A DNA stretch of 64,000 nucleotides from an uncultured virus (IMG/VR IMGVR_UViG_3300025832_000005) (IMGVR_UViG_3300025832_000005:1-64000); one strand, 5' to 3'. Numbered from the stretch's first letter, positions 27,847 through 37,936 are shown. Program-made: numbers and translations. Notes: a model not told the origin generated them from the letters alone.

Positions 27847-28857
27847 TTATCCTGCAGAACCATAATAGACAAATTCGCCTGTTGTTGGATTGTAAGCAAC
27901 TTGCTTAAATCCTGATGGCAATGCGGCTGCATTACTATAGTTTCTAACTGGTTTAACCATAAACTGACCTGTTTGGGCTGTTTCTAACTCTGAGCCTGAG
28001 GCTGCAATTACAATTGAGTTGTTGTGCTGGTTGTTCACGCCTGCGAGATTACCTATTGCTATCGCACTTGATCCTTGGTTTACTTTACCTGCATTTTTAC
28101 CAATTGCTACTGAACTTTCTCCTTGTGTAGTTTGGCCTGCTAGTGCGCCAATTGCCACTCCATGCTGTGATTGTGTTGTTTCACCTGCACTATCACCAAT
28201 TGCTACTGTACTGTTTCCTTGTGTGGTTTCACCAGCTCGATATCCAATTCCTACTGCTTTTGTGCCTTGAGTTATTTCACCTGCTTCGAAACCAATTGCT
28301 ACTGAGTCTTCGCCTTGATTTGTAACACCTGCGGCAAAGCCAACTGCTACTGCTTTTGTACTTTGATTTGTAAAACCTGCTCCACCCCCAATTGCTATTG
28401 CTTGTTGGCCTTGAGTTGTTGTACCTGCATTCGCACCAATTGCCACCGATAAGGTGCCTTGAGTATTCGAAGCTGCTACATCGCCAATTGCTACAGAACT
28501 TGCGCCTTGGTCGGTTGCGCCTGCGTTGTTACCCAATGCATACGAGTTGTTACCTTGATTGGTTTTACCTGCATCGTCACCAATTGCTACAGTTTCGGTA
28601 CCTTGGTTTACACTGCCGGCGTTTCGTCCAATGGCAACTTTTCCTGGTCCGTTAGCATTATTAATGTCAGTAATAGCTGCCCAAGTTGTAGCACCGCCAC
28701 CACCGCCACCACCTGCTAAATCAACACCGCCTGGTGTTGTTCCGTCACTTATCTTCATCTTGTTTGTGACTGTGTCTACCCACAGTTCACCATCTTTACC
28801 AATGTACTGTGTACTATCAGCCGAAATATTCTTTGAAATTATTTGTTTTGTGCCCAT
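27847..28857 (-). CDS. YadA-head-like beta-roll repeat protein (tail fibre/adhesin)
   Basis: About 15 tandem 14-aa repeats QGxxAVAIGxxAGxT; N-terminal YIGKDGELW.D....KISDG.TPGG domain. Confidence 0.8.
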   Translation of the reverse strand: MGTKQIISKNISADSTQYIGKDGELWVDTVTNKMKISDGTTPGGVDLAGGGGGGGATTWAAITDINNANGPGKVAIGRNAGSVNQGTETVAIGDDAGKTNQGNNSYALGNNAGATDQGASSVAIGDVAASNTQGTLSVAIGANAGTTTQGQQAIAIGGGAGFTNQSTKAVAVGFAAGVTNQGEDSVAIGFEAGEITQGTKAVGIGYRAGETTQGNSTVAIGDSAGETTQSQHGVAIGALAGQTTQGESSVAIGKNAGKVNQGSSAIAIGNLAGVNNQHNNSIVIAASGSELETAQTGQFMVKPVRNYSNAAALPSGFKQVAYNPTTGEFVYYGSAG

Positions 28858-28914
28858 TATATAAATGCCCCTATCTGCTACTATTTAGCGATAGGGACAT
28901 TATCTTGTTTTATT

Positions 28915-29874
28915 TTATAGTCCGTTTGGTACTAACACATAATGTATTGTTAGAACAATAGCCACTGAGGCACCTAGACCAATCATCATCTTCTGAAAGT
29001 CTCTTGCTACTAGCGGAAATACACTCTTGAACTTACGCTTACCTGTGAAGCTGGCAATAGCAAGTTCACGTCCTGCTAACATACCAACAAACACCCAAGT
29101 AGTTGACATTGGTATATCGTTCAGCTCTTTGAAGAAGTACAAGCACAACCAATAGAATAGATCAATCAGCGTTGCTGACCTTACGTATCTGGTGTTGTGT
29201 TTTTCTAATACAATCTCTTGTATCTTACCGCCACGTTCTCTAAACATAAAGAACAAGCCGCCAACAAATACAAAGCTGATTAATACCATAAGGTCTACTG
29301 GTACTTCACGTGGAAGGAATACAGCAATGTTGGCCATGTCATGTGACAACCAAGTCCACCATAATCCGCCTGTTGCTACCCACTGTGCTATGCGCCAGTA
29401 ATTTTTATTCTTTTCAGCAACTGGTGCTGTTTCGTCCATCCATCTGCTAATAAAGTACCAAGCAAAGTATGCGAACATTGCCGCAATACCATAACCCATT
29501 ATACTTTTCATAAGCATCTTCTCTAATACAAATGTACTTGCGAAAGCACTTAGTACTAGGAAGCTAGTTGATACAGGTACACCTTTGCGTGTTAGTAATA
29601 CAAGTATGCCCGGTGCCGCAGCATGATACCATTGTACTTCTTGCCATGGGATCTTGTTTAGTCTGCCGTAACTGATGTCTCCACCATTTACATGCCAGCC
29701 ATACCAGAGTGTAGCAAGTAATACTGCGCTTGCGGCTCCCCATAATACTTTATAACTAAATCTCTCATTGTTTGATGCCATCCATGTACCGAGAGTCTGT
29801 ACTGAATCGTTTGCTATCACAGCATAAGCTGCGAATAAGAAGCCAACAAGGCTCCATAAAGTGAGTGCGTCCAT
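28915..29874 (-). CDS. Multi-pass membrane transporter, PiT/PHO4-like
   Basis: IANDSVQTLGT and HDMANIAV signature-like repeats, PVSTS/PMSTT, many TM helices. Confidence 0.6.
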   Translation of the reverse strand: MDALTLWSLVGFLFAAYAVIANDSVQTLGTWMASNNERFSYKVLWGAASAVLLATLWYGWHVNGGDISYGRLNKIPWQEVQWYHAAAPGILVLLTRKGVPVSTSFLVLSAFASTFVLEKMLMKSIMGYGIAAMFAYFAWYFISRWMDETAPVAEKNKNYWRIAQWVATGGLWWTWLSHDMANIAVFLPREVPVDLMVLISFVFVGGLFFMFRERGGKIQEIVLEKHNTRYVRSATLIDLFYWLCLYFFKELNDIPMSTTWVFVGMLAGRELAIASFTGKRKFKSVFPLVARDFQKMMIGLGASVAIVLTIHYVLVPNGL

Positions 29875-29961
29875 AATAATCTCCTTTGCTTGACGGCTTT
29901 ACCCCGTCGCTCACAAATATAATACTGTTGTATTACAAAAATTATTTATTACTCAACAAAC

Positions 29962-30123
29962 CTATACAATACCTAATAGAGATGCAATAACAGAACCCGC
30001 AATAACACCAACTAATCCCCAAGCTAATACACCTAGTTCACCTTCAGTTTTAGTTGTATCAACTACTTTAGTTCCAATAAGGCCACCTATAAATGCGCCT
30101 GTAGCTACTGATGCAAAAAACAT
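29962..30123 (-). CDS. Small Gly-rich 2-TM protein (not in ORF track)
   Basis: MFFASVATGAFIGGLIGTK...LAWGLVGVIAGSVIASLLGIV; AAGGA RBS. Confidence 0.55.
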   Translation of the reverse strand: MFFASVATGAFIGGLIGTKVVDTTKTEGELGVLAWGLVGVIAGSVIASLLGIV

Positions 30124-30136
30124 TATATTTCCTTTT

Positions 30137-30190
30137 TTATTTGATAAACTGTGCTAGTTGTGGTGCTTGCCAACCTTCTGGCTTTAGCAC
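30137..30190 (-). pseudogene. Orphaned duplicate 3' end of the 30917..31273 gene
   Basis: Translates VLKPEGWQAPQLAQFIK* versus [17 protein letters not shown] at the end of the intact gene. Confidence 0.85.
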
Positions 30191-30217
30191 TTCTAACCTG
30201 TTCTTTTTTATCTTTTG

Positions 30218-30285
30218 TATAAATATAAGTGTAGTTCGCGAGCGGCAACTCCAACTACTCTAATACTAACAAGGAGTATCAGCAA
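30218..30285 (+). promoter_or_regulatory. Late promoter and structured leader of the homing endonuclease
   Basis: TATAAATA, GTAGTT/AACTAC stem, ATACT-aacaagg-AGTAT hairpin over the SD. Confidence 0.6.
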
Positions 30286-30924
30286 ATGTATTTAACTAAA
30301 TTTTATGTCTATGCGTATATTCGTGATGACGGCACACCGTATTATATAGGCAAAGGCTGCGGCAAAAGGGCGTGGGCTAAAACAGATAGAACTGTCTTTC
30401 CAAAAAAAGACTTTTCTAACATTATCATTTTAGAATCTAATCTAACAGATGTAGGTGCGTTAGCGTTAGAAAGACGTCTAATAAAATGGCACGGACGCAT
30501 AGATAACGGCACTGGCATATTGCGCAATAAAACAGATGGCGGCGATGGCAATGCAGGATGGATAATGCCAGAGGAAGCGAAGAATAAAATTTCTATCGCC
30601 AACAAAGGCAGACTAAAAGGATACAAATTTAGTCAAGAGCAACTAGAAAACAGAGTAGGCGAGAATCACTGGAATTACGGTAATACTACTTCTAAAGAAG
30701 TTTCTAAAAAAATATCAGAAGGTGTAAAGCGTAGAAACAAAGAAAGACAGTTAGATGTTAAAGAATATACGCTATTAGATACGCATACTAATAGCACTAT
30801 TAAATTTAATATATACAACTTTGAAGAAAAAATAAGCCCCTTGGGAATAAATCGCAAAGGGCTATTTTGGGCTGTTAGATATAATACTAACAAATTATAT
30901 AAAAATAGATATACTATTATTTGA
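30286..30924 (+). mobile_element. Free-standing GIY-YIG homing endonuclease (NUMOD3-like)
   Basis: YVYAY...PYYIGKG..KR, E..LI...G....[21 protein letters not shown]; opposite strand to neighbours. Confidence 0.85.
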
Positions 30925-31273
30925 TAAATTGTGCTAAGTTAGGCGGAGACCAATTTGACGGTTTTAACACCTTCCCATCAGCACGTTTGATCACTTTGTT
31001 TGTAGTTGGATCAATCTTAGCAAAGTTTGTATCCATTACTTCTTTCCAGGCTGCTTCTCCGTCCCAACCTGCGGCACGTACTGCGCCCATAGTAACAACT
31101 AAGATGTCAATAAGTGCGTCAAGTTGTTCGACTTTGTCGTTGTCTTGGATAGCTTCTTCTAGCTCGTCTGTTTCCTCACGGATTAGATCGAGATACATTT
31201 TGTAGTTTGCTTCACTTGGTGGTTGGTCACATGCTGTACCAAATGTTTCGATGTCTTTGAATGGATTTGTCAT
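30917..31273 (-). CDS. MazG-like/PRA-PH-like NTP pyrophosphohydrolase
   Basis: [11 protein letters not shown]....D.VE.LDAL.D, V..TNFAK, KR.DGKVLKP. Confidence 0.82.
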   Translation of the reverse strand: MTNPFKDIETFGTACDQPPSEANYKMYLDLIREETDELEEAIQDNDKVEQLDALIDILVVTMGAVRAAGWDGEAAWKEVMDTNFAKIDPTTNKVIKRADGKVLKPSNWSPPNLAQFIK

Positions 31274-32076
31274 TTATTTGCCTCTGTTATCATTTTAATG
31301 TTCTGCTTAATCTTAGCATTAAACTCAGCGTCTGTCAAGTGATAGTTTAAACCTTCACTCAATGCTCTCGAAAAACTAGCAGTAACGTCTGCGTTAGCGC
31401 CTAACCTACGACATGCTTCTTGTGTAGCATATCCGCCACTTAGGAACACAACACGTTCTACATTAGGAAATACTGTAAGGTTGTGATACAAGTTGGGTAC
31501 TTCTGGTGGTGTTAGTTTAAGAATACATTTACCTGGAAACTCATCCAGAAACTCTTGTAAGTGATACATAAGAGCTGATTCAACTTTAGCTTTAACAGGA
31601 TTGTCGATAGGTACTTCGGGCTCAATGATTGGTACAAGCCCATGCTCCCAAATAGTACGAGCAAGTGTAAACTGTTGTTTGAGTACAGGATGTACCATAC
31701 TTCCCCCTTTAACAATGCTACGCATCTTTGTACCATAAATCTTAGGACCAATACCGTTTGTAGCCCACTCTAACATTTGTTTTACTGGAAACTGTTTAAG
31801 CATACCACTTTCTTCACAGCCACTGTCAATCTTTAGGAACGTGTCAATACCTTTTTCATCCAGGACATTTACCATGCCACGAGTAACTGTGTCTTGGTAT
31901 AGTATTGCCGCCCAAATGTTTTTATCGTTGAAGTCAGGTGAGTTAACCATACGCATACGCATTTCGTGTACACGTTCCATTTTGTTATCTTCTGTGTACT
32001 CACGTCCATAACGTTCTAGTACACCACCTGTTGAACCACCACTGTGATCCATTGCCGCTATAAATCTATGATCCAT
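31270..32076 (-). CDS. Fructose-bisphosphate aldolase class I
   Basis: FIAAMDHSGGST, FLKIDSG, GTKMRS, PIIEPEV, LKLT, LSGGY, ASFSRAL. Confidence 0.9.
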   Translation of the reverse strand: MDHRFIAAMDHSGGSTGGVLERYGREYTEDNKMERVHEMRMRMVNSPDFNDKNIWAAILYQDTVTRGMVNVLDEKGIDTFLKIDSGCEESGMLKQFPVKQMLEWATNGIGPKIYGTKMRSIVKGGSMVHPVLKQQFTLARTIWEHGLVPIIEPEVPIDNPVKAKVESALMYHLQEFLDEFPGKCILKLTPPEVPNLYHNLTVFPNVERVVFLSGGYATQEACRRLGANADVTASFSRALSEGLNYHLTDAEFNAKIKQNIKMITEANK

Positions 32077-32080
32077 AATT

Positions 32081-32584
32081 CTATCCTTGTGTTAAGTCGT
32101 ACTTGAAGTTTTGTGTAGTAGTGTTGATAGCAATTTGTTTTGCTCCATTACGTATATGAAAATGTGTAGCCATAGGTGTTAGTGGACTTAGTGTTACTAA
32201 ATTTTGTACATTAGTTGATTGCTTCATCATGTCGCCAACTTTGCCTATGATCTCTTTACCAGCGCCACGTTTGCGACTCCATACTGTATAAGCAATTGCT
32301 GTGTCAGCATCTTTTTTAAAGTGTGCGTTTTGACTCATTAAGTCTAGCTCTTTAACACTTGAAGGAACATCATTAGTATACGCAATACATATAATACCTT
32401 CAATCTCGTCTTGGTATTTTAATCCGTATATTTTACGTCCATAACTTGTGCGCCATTCTACATCAAGCTCTGGACGTACTGGATCTTCGCTAACGTCAAT
32501 CTCGTCAAGTTCCACTAGCTCAGTAACTTTTACCCAGCCAAAGAAGTTATCAATTTTACTACGAAACTTCTGTACTTTACTCAT
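32081..32584 (-). CDS. Conserved phage protein (GNAT-like fold possible)
   Basis: EDPVRPEL, AYTVWS..RGAG, VTLSP.T.MA..FH..NGA. Confidence 0.6.
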   Translation of the reverse strand: MSKVQKFRSKIDNFFGWVKVTELVELDEIDVSEDPVRPELDVEWRTSYGRKIYGLKYQDEIEGIICIAYTNDVPSSVKELDLMSQNAHFKKDADTAIAYTVWSRKRGAGKEIIGKVGDMMKQSTNVQNLVTLSPLTPMATHFHIRNGAKQIAINTTTQNFKYDLTQG

Positions 32585-32765
32585 CGTCTGCCTCCCAATA
32601 CCTACAATAGAAATGTTTGCCACAAGCATCAATCTCTGCCTGTGGGTAACCTTCGCTCAACAACCACGGAAAGATACTTTCGTCTTCTCCCAAGGTGCTT
32701 GGCATTGGTTTGGGAAATCCATACTTCCAACCGCTGGGCGGATCACACATTAATACTTTACTCAT
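32577..32765 (-). CDS. Conserved small phage protein
   Basis: DPPSGWKYGFPK...WL...GYP. Confidence 0.65.
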   Translation of the reverse strand: MSKVLMCDPPSGWKYGFPKPMPSTLGEDESIFPWLLSEGYPQAEIDACGKHFYCRYWEADDE

Positions 32766-33010
32766 TTCATATCCTCTTCCATTGTGCTTTTTAATGTAGC
32801 CAAGACGTTTTCAAGTTTGATCAACATATCAGTACGTACACAAACTATTTGAACTGGTCGGTGTACTCTACCTTCGTCAGTTTCCTCAGTAGCGTCAAGA
32901 AGACTAAACAACTCTCTAACACTATCTTTCAAGCCAGTCAACTTCTTCTCACCAGATAAGGCTCTTTCAGCCCATTCTTCTTTAGAGGCGGCTTCGATCT
33001 TATAGCTCAT
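32762..33010 (-). CDS. Hypothetical protein
   Basis: ATGA-coupled ORF. Confidence 0.55.
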   Translation of the reverse strand: MSYKIEAASKEEWAERALSGEKKLTGLKDSVRELFSLLDATEETDEGRVHRPVQIVCVRTDMLIKLENVLATLKSTMEEDMK

Positions 33011-33342
33011 TTAATAATCCAATCCATATTCATCCAGTCTGTATCTTCTGGCATCATCTCAACTTTGTCGCCGTGAATTTGCTGAAGCTGATCCCAAATA
33101 CCAGCATTGTTCATTCTCAGTGTGTACGCCGCTGATGTAAAGTTACAACAACGATATCGAGACCCACTAGAACCAGAGAAGTAATAGAATGCTTCGTCCT
33201 CTTCTACCTTTGTAATGCCACTGTTCATACGCCAACTGTCGCCATCTAAGTAACCACCGGATGTTCCAACAAGAAGACGATAGTGAGGATCATCGCCTTT
33301 CATCTTAATAACTACCCAGTTGTCGCATGTGTAATCACTCAT
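33007..33342 (-). CDS. Conserved phage protein
   Basis: DNWVVIK...GGYLDGDSWRMNSGI...GSSGS.Y.C. Confidence 0.65.
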   Translation of the reverse strand: MSDYTCDNWVVIKMKGDDPHYRLLVGTSGGYLDGDSWRMNSGITKVEEDEAFYYFSGSSGSRYRCCNFTSAAYTLRMNNAGIWDQLQQIHGDKVEMMPEDTDWMNMDWIIK

Positions 33343-33673
33343 AAGATTCGCCTGTACTACGAAAGAAGTTTTCACTCCAAAACGCTTTGTCGTCAATCCA
33401 AATATCATAGTTTTCTTTTTCGCCAACACTTAGTTCATGGTGCTTTGCACCCCAGTTTATTAATTGATCTTTAGTTAAATCATAATAATCAATTTTGCTC
33501 ACACAACCTCGTGCTGTCATATATTTAATAGTATGTCCTGCATCATACAATGCGTTTACTTTTGCAATACGATCCAGCATAGGAATATGTTTAGCGTAGT
33601 CTTTCTTTCCACCAGTGCCAGGTATAATCACTTCTTTACAGATGGTGCCGTCGATATCAATTACATATTTCAT
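33335..33673 (-). CDS. HAD-family phosphatase (capsule biosynthesis phosphatase-like)
   Basis: DIDGTIC, TARG, K..YD.WIDDKA. Confidence 0.78.
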   Translation of the reverse strand: MKYVIDIDGTICKEVIIPGTGGKKDYAKHIPMLDRIAKVNALYDAGHTIKYMTARGCVSKIDYYDLTKDQLINWGAKHHELSVGEKENYDIWIDDKAFWSENFFRSTGESYE

Positions 33674-34614
33674 TGGAATAAACTACTCACACTTTCTTCA
33701 TTTGTAATACGGCGCATTGCTTCGCCAAATAATGGTGCTAAACTTACTTGTCTAACTTTTGTACTTTTGCCATCATAAGGAATACTATCACTGATAACTA
33801 ATTCTTCTAGTTTACTAGCTTCAATCTTTTTACTAGCACCATTGCTTAGTACACCATGTGTAATGTATGCTCTAACACTTAGTGCGCCAGCATCCAAGAT
33901 AGCTTCTGCGGCTTTACATAGTGTGCCTCCACTATCAACAATATCATCTACTAGGATAGCATGTTTACCTTTAACATCACCAATCAGTGCCATTACTTCA
34001 CTAACACCTGCTCGAGGTCTACGTTTGTCTACAATAGCAATATCGCCATGGAACATATCAGCAAACTTACGAGCTCTTACAGCACCGCCTGCGTCTGGTG
34101 AAACAAATACTGTCTCTACAGTATTGATGTCACTGCCGTCTTTGTAAAATTGTTTTTTAATGTCTTTAGCAAACACTACACGGCTTGTTAAATCGTCCAC
34201 TGGAATATCAAAAAAGCCTTGAATCTGTCCTGCGTGTAAATCCATTGTGAGTACACGATCTGCACCTGCTGTAGTTAGTAAGTCAGCAACTAGTTTGGCA
34301 GTAATGGGTGTTCTTGAAGCACTTTTACGATCTTGGCGTGCGTACCCAAAGTAAGGGATAACTGCCGTAATACGACTAGCACTACTACGCTTGGCAGTAT
34401 CAATCATTATCAGCATTTCCATTAAACTATCGTTAACTGGTGTACAAGTGCTATTCACTAAAAAAACATCCGCACCACGAATGTTCTCATGTACTTCTAC
34501 ACATATTTCTCCATCACTAAACCGATTTAGTTCTGCTGGAACTAACTCAGTGAAGCAATGATCAGCAACCGCTTTAGCAAAAGCAGTATTGCTACTTCCT
34601 GTAATTATTTTCAT
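33670..34614 (-). CDS. prs: Ribose-phosphate pyrophosphokinase
   Basis: [44 protein letters not shown]. Confidence 0.95.
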   Translation of the reverse strand: MKIITGSSNTAFAKAVADHCFTELVPAELNRFSDGEICVEVHENIRGADVFLVNSTCTPVNDSLMEMLIMIDTAKRSSASRITAVIPYFGYARQDRKSASRTPITAKLVADLLTTAGADRVLTMDLHAGQIQGFFDIPVDDLTSRVVFAKDIKKQFYKDGSDINTVETVFVSPDAGGAVRARKFADMFHGDIAIVDKRRPRAGVSEVMALIGDVKGKHAILVDDIVDSGGTLCKAAEAILDAGALSVRAYITHGVLSNGASKKIEASKLEELVISDSIPYDGKSTKVRQVSLAPLFGEAMRRITNEESVSSLFQ

Positions 34615-34628
34615 ATTTTCCTCGTTTA

Positions 34629-34934
34629 TTAAACTGCGAACGATTCGCCACAGCCGCAACTAGCAGTTGCGTTAGGGTTAACAACAGTAAGGTAACTGCC
34701 GCCTAATTCTTGTACATAGTCAACTGTACATCCAAATAAAAACATCTCAGCCATTACATCAATAACTAAAATATCGTCAATTAAATTGCCCGATACTTCA
34801 TCACTGAAGTTCCATTCATATCGAAAGCCACTACAACCGCCGCCTTTAACATCTAGTGTAACATAGCGTTTGTTTTCGTTTTCAATCATCTTATTAAGAT
34901 ATTGTTTTGCTGAGTCTGATATAGTTAATTTCAT
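34629..34934 (-). CDS. HesB/IscA-family Fe-S assembly protein
   Basis: GGGCSG and [12 protein letters not shown]. Confidence 0.92.
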   Translation of the reverse strand: MKLTISDSAKQYLNKMIENENKRYVTLDVKGGGCSGFRYEWNFSDEVSGNLIDDILVIDVMAEMFLFGCTVDYVQELGGSYLTVVNPNATASCGCGESFAV

Positions 34935-34947
34935 AATGTTATTTATT

Positions 34948-35283
34948 TTAAGAACCTTCTCCAGGATTTTCACTAAAGTGTTCCCATTTACCTTCAACGC
35001 CATCCCATTTTTCAGCATCAGGTAATGGATCTTTTTGCTCAAAAATTACTGGCCAGATGTCAGCATACTTTTGATTAGTCTCAACCCAAGCGGCGGCGCC
35101 ATGTGCTGTATCAGGTTGAATCGCATCTGCTGGGCATTCTGGCTCACAAACGCCGCAATCAATACATTCTTCTGGATTAATTACAAGCATGTTTTCACCT
35201 TCATAAAAACAGTCTACTGGACAAACTTCTACACAGTCTGTATACTTACACATAATACATGCGTCATTGACAATATACGTCAT
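34948..35283 (-). CDS. fdxA: 7Fe ferredoxin
   Basis: [21 protein letters not shown]...[12 protein letters not shown]; alphaproteobacterial-type C-terminus. Confidence 0.93.
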   Translation of the reverse strand: MTYIVNDACIMCKYTDCVEVCPVDCFYEGENMLVINPEECIDCGVCEPECPADAIQPDTAHGAAAWVETNQKYADIWPVIFEQKDPLPDAEKWDGVEGKWEHFSENPGEGS

Positions 35284-35286
35284 ATA

Positions 35287-35598
35287 CTATTTTGCTTTCT
35301 TTTGTGTGGCTATAAATTCAACGATCATTTTATCTTTAGTTAAACGGCGATCTAATTCTACACCAAACTTTTCTTTAGCTAGGTCGTCAATATCTTTCTT
35401 TGTCATTTTTCCTAATGATGCTTTTGTTTCGCCTTTAGGTTTTTGTGTTGTTGGCTTCTTAGGTTTTACTGTAACAGTTGTAATTTTTTCAGCATTTTTA
35501 ATTTTTTGTTTTGCTTCAGATGCATCAGTTATTACTGGTTCTGGTCCACCTGATAATGGATATGCTATACCCATTAGTTTTTTTAATTTATCAAACAT
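35287..35598 (-). CDS. Lys-rich protein with C-terminal LEM/HeH-like motif
   Basis: L.KMTKK.I..LA...GVELDRRLTK..MI. Confidence 0.55.
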   Translation of the reverse strand: MFDKLKKLMGIAYPLSGGPEPVITDASEAKQKIKNAEKITTVTVKPKKPTTQKPKGETKASLGKMTKKDIDDLAKEKFGVELDRRLTKDKMIVEFIATQKKAK

Positions 35599-35607
35599 TT
35601 TTACTCC

Positions 35608-35955
35608 TTAAAATATTCCTAGTATTAGTTTACAATCTTCACTCATCATTTCAGGACCCCATTGTGGATCAAATGTAATGTTTACATCAACATCGTCAAC
35701 ACCGTCTACTGAATTTGAGGCGCTTTGTACATCTGCAATAATATCGTCTGCCGCAGGGCAAAACGCACTTGTTAAGCTCATTGTAATTTTACATAGCTGA
35801 TTATTTATATCAATATTATATATTAATCCTAGATCGTAGATATTAACAGGAATCTCCGGATCATAAACTTCTTTTAAGTTTGCTACTATTTTATCGTGTA
35901 TTAGGGTTTTGTCAACATCTTGAATGTCAACATGTCCTGTTTCTTCTTGAACCAA
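35608..35955 (-). CDS. DUF59/SufT-family Fe-S assembly protein
   Basis: VYDPEIPVNIYDLGLIY, MSLTSAFCP, FDPQW..EMMSE. Confidence 0.9.
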   Translation of the reverse strand: MVQEETGHVDIQDVDKTLIHDKIVANLKEVYDPEIPVNIYDLGLIYNIDINNQLCKITMSLTSAFCPAADDIIADVQSASNSVDGVDDVDVNITFDPQWGPEMMSEDCKLILGIF

Positions 35956-36167
35956 ATTTCTACTCCATTTGTACTATCATTATATCTAAAACCTCCATAG
36001 TTAGTACCAAAGAGTTCATCAAGTAAAAGATGAACTCCTCTTGGTTTACTATATCGGCTGTTGTCTCTAAGTATTACAGTACAATAATATCCATGTTCTG
36101 TTTTCCAATTAGCACACCATTCTAACTCAGCCAGGTCGATAGATAGCACTGTTTGCTCCATGCTCAC
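35901..36167 (-). CDS. Hypothetical protein (start uncertain)
   Basis: Fills gap between queD and sufT; WFKKKQDMLTFKM C-terminus. Confidence 0.45.
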   Translation of the reverse strand: MSMEQTVLSIDLAELEWCANWKTEHGYYCTVILRDNSRYSKPRGVHLLLDELFGTNYGGFRYNDSTNGVEIWFKKKQDMLTFKMLTKP

Positions 36168-36576
36168 TACACTCTGCTTCTACACAATAGCAACGATTAT
36201 CTGTTGCTTCTCTAATAAGTTTGTTTGCGAAGTTAAATGCGTGTTCAGCAAACTTCTCTGCTCCAACCCCATCTAGTACTGTAATTTCTGCTAGTCCCAT
36301 GTTCTCAAGTTCTGCGAACTTATACAAGAATGGATCTTCACGATCAATTACTGTCTTGTGATCAAATGTATCTTCTAACCATTTCTTTAGTGGCTTTAGT
36401 CCACCAAAGTCTACAGCCCAATTACGATGATCTAGTTCATCACAACCAAATGTAAACTTAAATCCCAAACTGTATCCATGTAAGAATCTACAGTGTGAAT
36501 GATCTGCGTGTGGCTGACGGAACACCGCTGATAGTCCGATGTTGTGTCCGTATGTTTTTGTGCTTAAATGCGGCAT
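36127..36576 (-). CDS. queD: 6-carboxytetrahydropterin synthase (QueD/PTPS family)
   Basis: HCRFLHGY, VDFGGLK, FDHK, E...NSA. Confidence 0.85.
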   Translation of the reverse strand: MPHLSTKTYGHNIGLSAVFRQPHADHSHCRFLHGYSLGFKFTFGCDELDHRNWAVDFGGLKPLKKWLEDTFDHKTVIDREDPFLYKFAELENMGLAEITVLDGVGAEKFAEHAFNFANKLIREATDNRCYCVEAECSEHGANSAIYRPG

Positions 36577-36645
36577 ATTCTTCTCCTATATTACAAGGAC
36601 GGAGTATTTAGAGTGGGGCGATCCTGTGAAGTCCACTATACTTAC

Positions 36646-37233
36646 TTATCTTTGTTCAATTACACGATCAGCTAGACCGTAGTCAACTGCTTCTTGTGCT
36701 GTTAAAAATGTATCACGATCCATGTCACGTTCAAAATCTTCATATGTCTTACCACTAGTATTATGCTTAACATACAGATTTGTCAACTGTTTTTTCATGT
36801 GTGTAATCTCTTTGTACTGGATCTCAATATCACTTTGCATGCCTCTGGCACCACCGCTTGGTTGATGGATCATTGTACGACTATTTGGTAATACCATACG
36901 CTTACCAGTTGCTCCAGCCTGTGCTAGGAAACTTCCCATACTACATGCTTGACCGTTTACAACTGTTACTACGTCTGGTTTAATGTACTGCATTGTATCA
37001 TAAATGCTCATGCCACTAGTAATAACACCACCAGGGCTGTTAATATACAATGTAATGTCAGCATCTGGATTTTCACTTTCCAGAAACAATAACTGACTTA
37101 CAATTAAATTAGCCATATAGTCTTCTACTTGACCATTAAGCATTACTACACGGTCTTTTAACAAGCGACTGTAGATATCATAACTACGTTCACCTGCACT
37201 TGTTTTATCAATTACGATGGGCACTAATGCCAT
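36646..37233 (-). CDS. clpP: ATP-dependent Clp protease proteolytic subunit
   Basis: [24 protein letters not shown] (Ser), MIHQP (His), DMDRD. Confidence 0.96.
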   Translation of the reverse strand: MALVPIVIDKTSAGERSYDIYSRLLKDRVVMLNGQVEDYMANLIVSQLLFLESENPDADITLYINSPGGVITSGMSIYDTMQYIKPDVVTVVNGQACSMGSFLAQAGATGKRMVLPNSRTMIHQPSGGARGMQSDIEIQYKEITHMKKQLTNLYVKHNTSGKTYEDFERDMDRDTFLTAQEAVDYGLADRVIEQR

Positions 37234-37390
37234 GTGTTGTTCTCCATTTGTTTTCTATATTCACAATAATAATCTCTCCAGCCTACCCATAATCCATATG
37301 CTAGTACTGCGTCAATAACAGGTATGTTAAAAAATTTAAATAAGATGGAATATGCCAAGCATATGCTAGCTACATAATCATACCATCTTA

Positions 37391-37936
37391 TCATCTAAAT
37401 ACTCCTAGATCTTTTAGTGCAATCTGAATTGCTTTTGATTGATAATAAGCATCATCATCTGCTTTATGTAAGTTTGTTTGAAATTGCTTACGTGGATCTT
37501 CACGTAACATTTGTATTAATGTACGTGAGTCCAATACTTGCCAGAAGTACCAAGGCACATTACGTCCACTAGCACGATACATATTCTCAAGTATGGTATA
37601 ATCAAAGCCATAGCCTTGACCCCAAAATGTATCTACACCAACAATCCATTTATTAAGTGCGGCTAAGAACTCTGTAACTGTGACAGCACCAGTTTGATCA
37701 AATGCTTCATTCATTGCGACAGGGTCTTGTTTGCCCCACCATTCAACTGTATCGTCACTAGCAGTACGACCTAATTTGTCTTGATCATCAACTAAGATTT
37801 TCATGTAAAATCTATCATATGGATCATCACTACTGTCTGGACGAAACTTAACACCGCCTACACTTAGTACTGTAGCACTAGGTAGGGTGTCAAGTGTTTC
37901 TAAATCAATAGTAGCATGTATACCTGGTCTAATCAT
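37391..37936 (-). CDS. DEDDh 3'-5' exonuclease (DexA-like)
   Basis: IDLETL, FDYTIL, DSRT, HKADDDA. Confidence 0.85.
   Translation of the reverse strand: MIRPGIHATIDLETLDTLPSATVLSVGGVKFRPDSSDDPYDRFYMKILVDDQDKLGRTASDDTVEWWGKQDPVAMNEAFDQTGAVTVTEFLAALNKWIVGVDTFWGQGYGFDYTILENMYRASGRNVPWYFWQVLDSRTLIQMLREDPRKQFQTNLHKADDDAYYQSKAIQIALKDLGVFR

Noticed and set aside
27960..28640. 42-bp periodic repeats (ccaattgc...) resembling a CRISPR or tandem array
   Set aside because: They are the coding 14-aa YadA-like repeats; degenerate at third positions, with no unique spacers or cas genes.
30200..30924. Group I intron around the GIY-YIG gene
   Set aside because: The endonuclease is antisense to the target gene, no intron core is recognisable, and the target gene is completed by a replacement 3' end.
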